Source: an uncultured Bacteroidales bacterium (GTDB lineage Bacteria; Bacteroidota; Bacteroidia; Bacteroidales; UBA932). From it: a stretch of DNA of 64,000 bases. The position numbers and the translations under genes were made by a program. How positions within the stretch are numbered: the stretch's first letter is position 1; every line of letters begins with the position of its first letter. Location of the stretch: assembly GCA_905235995.1 (NCBI GenBank), contig CAJONI010000052.1, forward strand, positions 6,107-70,106, read 5' to 3'. The notes under the pieces are model-generated. The model had not been told where the DNA came from, made no database searches, and was given only the letters and a program-made list of their open reading frames with translations. Below are positions 54,750 through 62,320 of this stretch, piece by piece.

Positions 54750-55909
54750 TGACCATGCTCCGGAAACTTCTCCTTGCGGCGGTTGCGACCGCCCTGATGG
54801 CATTCTCCTTCGAGGAGGAAATCGTCTACCGTGACGCTTCTGCCTTCCCGCTTTACGGCAAGGCCACCGCCGATACCTACGGACCTTACACCCGCTTCCC
54901 GGCATCTTTCAAGGAAGAAAGCCGTGAGCCGCTCTGGAACCTCTCGCTCAACAGCGCCGGGCTCTACCTGCGCTTCCGCAGCGACGCTCCTTCGATCCAT
55001 GCCAGATGGACCAACACGGGCTACCACATGCCCCATATGACGGACGTCGGAGTAGGGGGCCTGGATCTCTATTCATTCATAGACGGAAAATGGCTCTTCG
55101 TCGGCAGCGGCTTTGACTGGAAGGGCGTCGGCCGGAAATCGCATGAGCGGAGGCTTGTCGGCAACATGGACGGCGAGATGCGCGAATACATGCTCTATCT
55201 TCCGCTATACGACGGTGTGGATTCCCTGGCCATCGGCGTTCCGGCAGGATATACGCTGGAAGGGCCGCGGCTCGAAAGCCCGCAGTCCGATGCTCCCATA
55301 GTATGCTACGGGACCAGCATCCTGCAGGGAGGCTGTGCCTCAAGGCCCGGAATGGCCCACACCGCCATCATCGGGCGCATGCTCGACCGCGAGGTGATCA
55401 ACCTCGGATTCAGCGGCAACGCCCATCTCGACATGGAGGTCGCCCGCCTGATGGCCTCTGTTCCCAATCCCGCAGTCTATGTGATGGACAACCTCCCGAA
55501 CTGCACTCCTCCTATGATCAGGGAGCGGACCAAAGCCTTCGTCGACATACTCCGGAGAGCGCATCCAGGGGTGTCTGTCGTCTTCGTGGAAGACCCCATC
55601 TTTCCCCATTCCATAGTCGACAAGTCCGTCCGTGAAGGAGTCGAATCCAACAACGCGGCCCTGCGGGAAGTCTATGCCAAACTTCTTGCCTCCGGCTACA
55701 GGAACCTGTTCTACGTAGGCGCGGAGGGAATGACGGGCGACGACGGAGAATCCTTCGTCGACGGCGTCCATCTCACCGACCTCGGCATGCTTAGATATGC
55801 CCGCCATGTCGCCCCCGTCCTTAGGGAAGCCATTGCCTGCGATACTCTGGAATGCCTCCCTGAAATCTTCGTCGGGGCTTCGTCTTCTGACATCCGTCTT
55901 GAAAAATAA
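54746..55909 (+). CDS. SGNH/GDSL-type carbohydrate esterase with an N-terminal GxDLY beta-sandwich domain
   Basis: The start overlaps the upstream stop (ATGA). Motifs are GVGGLDLYSF (GxDLY domain), VCYGTSILQGG (block I Ser), GFSGNAHLD (block II/III) and VDGVHLTDLG (block V DxxH). Confidence 0.82.
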   Translation: MMTMLRKLLLAAVATALMAFSFEEEIVYRDASAFPLYGKATADTYGPYTRFPASFKEESREPLWNLSLNSAGLYLRFRSDAPSIHARWTNTGYHMPHMTDVGVGGLDLYSFIDGKWLFVGSGFDWKGVGRKSHERRLVGNMDGEMREYMLYLPLYDGVDSLAIGVPAGYTLEGPRLESPQSDAPIVCYGTSILQGGCASRPGMAHTAIIGRMLDREVINLGFSGNAHLDMEVARLMASVPNPAVYVMDNLPNCTPPMIRERTKAFVDILRRAHPGVSVVFVEDPIFPHSIVDKSVREGVESNNAALREVYAKLLASGYRNLFYVGAEGMTGDDGESFVDGVHLTDLGMLRYARHVAPVLREAIACDTLECLPEIFVGASSSDIRLEK

Positions 55910-55919
55910 CTGATTTAAT

Positions 55920-58445
55920 ATGAAACGATTACTGGTTTTCGCACTTTGCCTGGGCCTCCTGCTTTCCTGTAGTAAGGAGAAACAGGCCTATGTCTTCACC
56001 TATTTCGACAATTCCCGCCAGGATGCGGGCCTGTTCGTAGCCTACAGCTGGGACGGCTACGACTGGACGGCCGTGAACGACGGCGAGCCCATCATGAAGC
56101 CCATCGTGGGGAAAGACAGGATCATGCGCGACCCCAGCATATGCCAGGGCCCCGACGGTACCTTCCATCTTGTCTGGACCATCAGCTGGAACGCCCAAAG
56201 CATAGGCTATGCCTGTTCGAAGGACCTGATCCACTGGAGCGAGCAGAAGATCATTCCCGTGATGGAGATGTTTCCTTCGACCCGGAACACCTGGGCGCCG
56301 GAGCTCTTCTACGAGGCTTCCGAAGACCTCTTCTACATCTTCTGGGCCTCCACCGTTCCGGGCAATCCGGAAGTGTCGACGGATGGCAGCATCAGCGAAG
56401 ACCAGTACAACCACCGCCTCTACTGCACCACCACGCGTGATTTTGAAACCTTCTCTCCTACAAGGCTTTACTTCAATCCGTCCTTCAACGTGATCGACGC
56501 ATGCGTGATGCGGGTTCCCAAGACCGGGGAGCTTCTGATGGCCCTCAAGAACGAGAACCTCAACCCGCCGGAGAAGAACATCCGGCTGACGCGCTCGAGA
56601 AAGATGGCCGACGGTTTCCCCACGGAAGTGTCGGCTCCCATCAGCGGGGAGGAATGGGCCGAAGGGCCTACCCTGATTCCCATCGGCGACGATATACTGG
56701 TCTATTTTGACCAGTTCCGGAAACACAAATATGGCGCTGCGCTCAGCCACGACGGAGGCTGTACCTGGGAGGACGCCACCGACCGGATCAGCGTTCCGGA
56801 AGGCATCAGCCACGGCACCGCCATCGCCGTCCCCGAGCGCTATGTGAAGGCCCTGAGCAAATACGATTTCAAGGCCTGCACGCAGAGCCCCCGCATAGTG
56901 AACATCATCAATTTCATCCGCTACACCGAGCCCCGGGACGATGAGATTACCGAAAAGGTGCTCTACGAGACCGTGCGCTCGCAGGCGGAGGACCTCAGGA
57001 GCAAGGGTCTGGTGGGTACCTACCTTCTTCAGTATGATGCCCTTATCGACACAAGCTACCAGGCTCTGATGAAGGAAGAGATGGCACGCGGTTGCGAGGT
57101 GGGCGCCTGGTGGGAAATTACCCAGCCGCACGTGGAAGATGCAGGGTACACCTGGCGGGGCCGCTACCCCTGGGACTGGTACGCCAACGTGGGCTTCTCA
57201 GTGGGCTATACACCAGCCGAGCGGGAGCACCTTGTGGATGTCTACATGGAGCGCTTCAAGGAGATTTTCGGAGTATATCCCAAGTCGGTGGGCTCCTGGT
57301 TCATAGAGGCCGGAACGCTGGCATATCTGGCGGACAGATACGGCATAGAGGCTTCCTGCAACTGCAGGGACCAGGTGGGGACTGACGGATATACCCTCTG
57401 GGGAGGCTACTGGAACGGTGGCTACTACCCCAGCAGGGAGAATGCCTATATGCCTGCCCAGACTGAGAAAGGGGCTATCGCCCTTCCTGTTTTCCGTATG
57501 CTGGGAAGCGACCCTCTGGACCAGTATGAGGCCGGTGTGGGTGGCGCGGTCCAAAGCGTGGCCACCATGGAGCCGGTGTATGGCAATTACGGCGGCCAGC
57601 CGGAGTGGATAGACTGGTACTTCAAGATGTTCACCACGGAGCCGCACCTGGGCTATGACTATGTGCAGATCGGCCAGGAGAACTCCTTCACCTGGGCCGG
57701 ATTCGCCGAGGGCTTCGTGTACCAGACTGCGCGCCTGGCGGAGTTGAAGGCCGAAGGCAAGGTACGGATTGAAACCCTCTCCGAGACGGGCCGCTGGTTC
57801 AAGGAACAGTATCCTGTTACGCCTCCCACCTCCGTCGTAGCCTCGGAAGACCATCAGGGGAAGGAGCGGAAGACCTTCTGGTTCAACTGCCGGAACTACC
57901 GTGCCAACCTCCTCTGGGAAGGCCCGCGTCTGAAGGTCCGGGACCTGCATCTCTTTGACGAGCGGCTGCGCAGCCCATATCTGGACACCCCGGACACTCT
58001 GCCTGTTTTCCATTACGAGACCCTGCCTCTGGTGGACGGCTGCCTCTGGAGCACGGTAGAGAATATGGCCGGACTGTTTTTCGTGACGCCGGAGTTCAAA
58101 GGCGGGGAGTCCGTCTTCATCCCGGAGGAAGGAAAGCAGAAAGTGGAATGGCTTTCCATCGACGGCAACGGACGCTTTGTCCTCAGCTTCACCGAAGACG
58201 GCATCGAGATATCGTCGATAGGGCTGGTGGGCGGATGGTGCCTGGAGCTGAAAGTGAATCCAGGTACGGAGCTGCCTTTTACGGATGTGGCTGAAAAACA
58301 ACTGAAAGCCCATTATCTTGGCATGGATTACGGGCTTGCACTGGGAAAAGGCCGCTTTGAGGACCTGCGGGGCGAGGGGAGCGGCGAGGTGTTCCGCATT
58401 CTTCCTGAAGGCGACAGTATCACACTCGGTTTTATCCGTTTTTAG
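55920..58445 (+). CDS. Lipoprotein: GH43-like five-bladed beta-propeller N-terminal domain fused to an uncharacterised C-terminal region of about 540 aa
   Basis: Lipobox LLLSCSKE. The propeller-like segment is YVFTYFDNS...FVAYSWDGYDWTAV...IMRDPSICQGPDGTFHLVWT...WAPELFYE...FYIFWAS. From about 56880 onward (INFIRYTEPRDDE...GSWFIEAGTLAYLADRYGIEASCNCRDQ...) I recognise no family with confidence. Confidence 0.5.
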   Translation: MKRLLVFALCLGLLLSCSKEKQAYVFTYFDNSRQDAGLFVAYSWDGYDWTAVNDGEPIMKPIVGKDRIMRDPSICQGPDGTFHLVWTISWNAQSIGYACSKDLIHWSEQKIIPVMEMFPSTRNTWAPELFYEASEDLFYIFWASTVPGNPEVSTDGSISEDQYNHRLYCTTTRDFETFSPTRLYFNPSFNVIDACVMRVPKTGELLMALKNENLNPPEKNIRLTRSRKMADGFPTEVSAPISGEEWAEGPTLIPIGDDILVYFDQFRKHKYGAALSHDGGCTWEDATDRISVPEGISHGTAIAVPERYVKALSKYDFKACTQSPRIVNIINFIRYTEPRDDEITEKVLYETVRSQAEDLRSKGLVGTYLLQYDALIDTSYQALMKEEMARGCEVGAWWEITQPHVEDAGYTWRGRYPWDWYANVGFSVGYTPAEREHLVDVYMERFKEIFGVYPKSVGSWFIEAGTLAYLADRYGIEASCNCRDQVGTDGYTLWGGYWNGGYYPSRENAYMPAQTEKGAIALPVFRMLGSDPLDQYEAGVGGAVQSVATMEPVYGNYGGQPEWIDWYFKMFTTEPHLGYDYVQIGQENSFTWAGFAEGFVYQTARLAELKAEGKVRIETLSETGRWFKEQYPVTPPTSVVASEDHQGKERKTFWFNCRNYRANLLWEGPRLKVRDLHLFDERLRSPYLDTPDTLPVFHYETLPLVDGCLWSTVENMAGLFFVTPEFKGGESVFIPEEGKQKVEWLSIDGNGRFVLSFTEDGIEISSIGLVGGWCLELKVNPGTELPFTDVAEKQLKAHYLGMDYGLALGKGRFEDLRGEGSGEVFRILPEGDSITLGFIRF

Positions 58446-58454
58446 AATTAAGTT

Positions 58455-59486
58455 ATGAAGCGAAGAGATTTTATCAAAGTGTCAGGAGTGGCTGCGGCGG
58501 GAATAGCACTGGGCGGCTGCTCGACCGACAAAGGATCTGCGGAAGGCCCTCTGGTGAAGGAGTGGCCTCAATACCCTGCGCGCATCTCCCGTAATGTGGA
58601 GCCGTTCGCCCCTCTGTATATCAAGGAAATAACCATCGAGGCTGGGGCCACCGAGCCCTTCGACGTGATGCATGTCTCAGACACCCACCTCTCCAGGGCC
58701 GACAGCCGTGACGATGAGAAGAAGATCATGCTGGCCGCCTCCCGCAGCACCTGGATGAATGCCGGAGAGCACTACCTTGACGAAGCCATCCGCATCGCCC
58801 GCGAAAACGGGATGTATCTGATGCACACGGGCGACATGCACGACTTCGTGTCGGAAGCCAACCTTGACGGCGACGCGAAGCATATGATGGAAGGGGACTG
58901 GTTCGTATGTGCCGGAAACCATGAATTCTCACGGTACGTAGGCGAGGCCAGGGAAGATGAGGCCTACAAGGCCGGCAGTTACGATGCCGTCCGCGGCGCG
59001 TTCCCCAACGACCTGTACTTTGCCAGCCGCATAATCAACGGCGTCAACTTCGTGGCAGTGGACGACGTGTATTATAACTTCACTGAGCAGCAGCTGGAAC
59101 TCATGAAGGCCGAGATAGCCAAGGGCCTGCCCGTCATCCTCCTGATCCACGTTCCAATCTACACGCCCGAGTACTACAAAGACGAAATGGAGAGGATGGA
59201 CAACCGCTGCGCATATCTTGCCGGCGTACCCCTGGAGCTCACTGAAACCTACGAACCCGGCGTTACCTATCCGGCCGGGGAGGAGTGGCGCTACCGGAAG
59301 GTGCAGCAGCGGGCCGACGAGCCCACGCTCCGCTTCATCGAATGGCTCCGTGGGCAGCCGCTCCTGAAGGGCATCCTATGCGGCCACATGCACCGCTTCT
59401 TCGAGGAGCGTTTTTCTCCTACTGCCATCCAGTACACTGTCGGCGCCACCTACACCGGCGATGCCCAGGTGATACATTTCAGATAG
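58455..59486 (+). CDS. TAT-signal lipoprotein, calcineurin-like metallophosphoesterase
   Basis: Twin-arginine signal plus lipobox MKRRDFIKVSGVAAAGIALGGCS. Metallophosphoesterase motifs appear in order: VSDTHL (DxH), HTGDMHD (GD), AGNHEF (GNHE) and CGHMHR (GH). Confidence 0.85.
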   Translation: MKRRDFIKVSGVAAAGIALGGCSTDKGSAEGPLVKEWPQYPARISRNVEPFAPLYIKEITIEAGATEPFDVMHVSDTHLSRADSRDDEKKIMLAASRSTWMNAGEHYLDEAIRIARENGMYLMHTGDMHDFVSEANLDGDAKHMMEGDWFVCAGNHEFSRYVGEAREDEAYKAGSYDAVRGAFPNDLYFASRIINGVNFVAVDDVYYNFTEQQLELMKAEIAKGLPVILLIHVPIYTPEYYKDEMERMDNRCAYLAGVPLELTETYEPGVTYPAGEEWRYRKVQQRADEPTLRFIEWLRGQPLLKGILCGHMHRFFEERFSPTAIQYTVGATYTGDAQVIHFR

Positions 59487-59492
59487 TTCGCG

Positions 59493-61376
59493 ATGAAAAG
59501 AATCCTGCTGCTGCTGTCTATTGTATCGTTGGTGGCCTGCACCGAGAAGGAGCCGGAGCTGCGGCTCTTGGAGGAGGGTGCGACGCTTGGTTATCAGGCC
59601 ACTTCGTGGGTCACGATGGTTGTTTCCGGAGGAGACTGGACTCTTTCCCCGGCCGATTCGTATGATTGGATCACCCCTTCAAGGATGCAGGGGTCAGTAG
59701 GGAATATCATCTCTTTCAGGTTGCAGGAAAACCTGACAGGGAGCAGTCGCAGCGCAGATTATCGCGTGCTGTCGGGTTCTCAGGCAAGGGATATCCATCT
59801 GGTTCAGGAAGCGAAGCCCGTGGTGCCTATCCCTGAGTCGAAAGGAGCGTACAAGCATGTGGTGATTTTGGGGGTCGACGGCGGCGGCGCCTTTTTCAAG
59901 GATACTGATACGCCCTGCTGTGACGAGATTTTCAAGGGAGGAGCCTTCACCTACAAGGCCCAGGCCCAGAAACCCACCATCAGCGCGCAGAACTGGGGTT
60001 CCATCCTTCACGGCGTGCTGCCGGAGTTCCACGGACTTACCAATGGAATCGTCGCAAGTCGTCCATACCCGCAGAACAGTCCTTATCCGTCCATCTTCCG
60101 GCTGGTACGTGAAGCCTGGCCCGACGCTGAACTTGCTTCTTTCTGTAATTGGAATCCAATCAATTACGGAATCATCGAGATTGATCTCGGCGTCGTGGAA
60201 GGTACTGGTGACGATCCGTCAGTAACGACGAAGGCTGTCACCTATCTGGACACGCATGCTCCGACGCTACTGTTCATGCAGTTTGACTCGGTGGACGGGG
60301 CCGGCCATGGAAGCGGATACGGCTCTGCACAGCATCTTAAGGCTCTGTCGACAGTTGACGGATATATAGGCCGTATTTATGATAAACTGAAGGACCGTGG
60401 ATTGTTGGACGAAACCCTTTTCATCGTGTGCACGGACCACGGCGGCACGCCCGGTGGCAGCCATGGCGGTGATACCCAGGCCGAACTGGACATTTTCATG
60501 GGAGTGGCCGGAAAGACCGTTGATGGTGAAACCGGCATCCTGGATGCCGAGAACCGCGATATTGCTGCCATCGCGGCTTACGCCCTGGGGCTGGAATATC
60601 CTGAAACCTGGACCGGACATGTGCCAACGGGCGTTTTCCTGGGCGTCGAGGCCGGGGAGCGGAAGGTGGTGGAACTGCCTGTTTCCGAGTATCGCAAGCA
60701 CGAAACGGTCCCTACGCCCGATCTCGCCCGTTTGCAGGCTCTGCTGGATGGACATGAGCTGCTGGCCTATCTCCCTTTGGACGGGAGCGAAGCCGATGCT
60801 TCCGGGAAGGTGGAAACTGCCATGACGGGAAAGATTTACTACTACGACGCTTATTTCGGCCGGGGTGCCGCTTTCGACGACGCCTATGTGACCCTTAAGG
60901 ATGTGGAAGTGGGGAAGGGCTCGTTCTCAGCCGCCTTCTGGATGAAGACCGGCGGGGTGTCCGACGATCCGGCCATCCTTTCCAACAAGAACTGGGATTC
61001 TGGCCTCAACAACGGTTTCGTGCTGTCACTCCGGGATGGTGACATCAAGTTCAACGCCGGGAACGGCGCCAGCTCGAGGATGGACGTGACTGCCTCCCTT
61101 CCGCACGATTACAAGGAGGGTTGGATGCATGTGATACTGGTGGTGGACCGCAGCGCGAATGTGGTCCGCATCTATGAGGACTTTGAAATGCAGGCCGAGG
61201 ACGGTATCCCCGCCTCCCTGCAGACCGTGTCCTTCGATGCACTTCCGCTGAACATCGGCCAGGACGGCAGAGGTCAGTACAAGTACAAACTCGCGGCCCA
61301 GCTCGACGAGTTCCTCCTCACGGCCGATGTGCTGTCGGACGAAGACATCGCCGCACTGAAAGCATATTACGAATAG
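59493..61376 (+). CDS. Surface lipoprotein: BACON domain + alkaline-phosphatase-superfamily (NPP-like) phosphodiesterase + LamG/concanavalin-like C-terminal domain
   Basis: Lipobox SLVACTE. The BACON-like segment is SWVTMVVSGGDWTLSPADSYDWITPS...RSADYRVLSGSQARDIHLVQ. AP/NPP blocks are VVILGVDGGGAFF, PTISAQNWGSILHGVLPEFHG, FDSVDGAGHGSGYGS and VCTDHGGTPGGSHGG. The LamG-like end is FSAAFWMKT...FVLSLRDGDIKFNAG...LDEFLLTADVLSDEDIAAL. Confidence 0.78.
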   Translation: MKRILLLLSIVSLVACTEKEPELRLLEEGATLGYQATSWVTMVVSGGDWTLSPADSYDWITPSRMQGSVGNIISFRLQENLTGSSRSADYRVLSGSQARDIHLVQEAKPVVPIPESKGAYKHVVILGVDGGGAFFKDTDTPCCDEIFKGGAFTYKAQAQKPTISAQNWGSILHGVLPEFHGLTNGIVASRPYPQNSPYPSIFRLVREAWPDAELASFCNWNPINYGIIEIDLGVVEGTGDDPSVTTKAVTYLDTHAPTLLFMQFDSVDGAGHGSGYGSAQHLKALSTVDGYIGRIYDKLKDRGLLDETLFIVCTDHGGTPGGSHGGDTQAELDIFMGVAGKTVDGETGILDAENRDIAAIAAYALGLEYPETWTGHVPTGVFLGVEAGERKVVELPVSEYRKHETVPTPDLARLQALLDGHELLAYLPLDGSEADASGKVETAMTGKIYYYDAYFGRGAAFDDAYVTLKDVEVGKGSFSAAFWMKTGGVSDDPAILSNKNWDSGLNNGFVLSLRDGDIKFNAGNGASSRMDVTASLPHDYKEGWMHVILVVDRSANVVRIYEDFEMQAEDGIPASLQTVSFDALPLNIGQDGRGQYKYKLAAQLDEFLLTADVLSDEDIAALKAYYE

Positions 61377-61399
61377 CATAAATCACATTTCAAAGCATA

Positions 61400-62320
61400 A
61401 TGAGACGCAGAGATTTTATAAAAGTGTCAGGGGTGGCCGCCGCAGGCCTTGCCCTCGCAGGCTGCACACCCAAGACCGGTTTCTGGGGCAAGAAGGACGA
61501 AGAATTGTATGGACCCAGGAAGACAGGGCATTTCTCCCTGATGCAGATTTCGTCGGCAACCAATACCATAGGCAATTCCTATCTCCTGAAGACCTCCGGC
61601 GGAAAGGTGATCATGATGGACGGTGGCTTTGCTTCCGATGCGCCCAAACTGAGGAAGAAACTCTCCGAAGCGGGCAATCACGTGGATCTCTGGTTCATTT
61701 CCCACCCGCATGAGGACCATATGGAGGCCCTTGCCACCATTCTGGATGACCCGCAGGGCATTACCATTGACAAGGTGATCCATTCCCGCCTGCCGGACGC
61801 TTTCCTGGACAACGAACCGCAAAGCGGAGACAATGCCCGCGGCTATTACCGGGTGCTGGACAATACCACAGAGCGTACCGACATCATCAACCTGCACCGG
61901 CCCATGCAACGCTTTGATATAGACGGTATTGGTATCATGGTACTAACCGTGGACCATCCGTCATTCAGGAGCGGCCACTTCAACAACCAGTCCATCATCA
62001 TCCGGGTATGGGACGATGTGAAGAGCGTAGTTTTCCTGGGGGACGCCGAGGAGGAATGCGGCGAAGCGGCACTACGCGAATGCCGCGAGTACCTGGACTG
62101 TGACTACCTGCAGATGGCCCACCACGGGCAGAGCGGCGTGTCGGAGGAGTTCTACAAGACCATCAACTTCCGCGTGTGCCTGTGGCCCACTCCTTCCTGG
62201 GTATGGGAGCCGGGGGAGAATACCTGGCTCAAAACGCTGGACACCCGGCGCTGGATGGACGAGAAAGGCATCACGGAGCATCACGTGAGCTGCCTGGAAG
62301 AGGACTGGGAGTTGCTTTGA
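61400..62320 (+). CDS. TAT-signal lipoprotein, metallo-beta-lactamase-fold hydrolase
   Basis: Signal MRRRDFIKVSGVAAAGLALAGCT. The MBL motif is WFISHPHEDHMEAL (HxHxDH). A later block is VVFLGDAEEE...MAHHGQSG. Confidence 0.8.
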   Translation: MRRRDFIKVSGVAAAGLALAGCTPKTGFWGKKDEELYGPRKTGHFSLMQISSATNTIGNSYLLKTSGGKVIMMDGGFASDAPKLRKKLSEAGNHVDLWFISHPHEDHMEALATILDDPQGITIDKVIHSRLPDAFLDNEPQSGDNARGYYRVLDNTTERTDIINLHRPMQRFDIDGIGIMVLTVDHPSFRSGHFNNQSIIIRVWDDVKSVVFLGDAEEECGEAALRECREYLDCDYLQMAHHGQSGVSEEFYKTINFRVCLWPTPSWVWEPGENTWLKTLDTRRWMDEKGITEHHVSCLEEDWELL

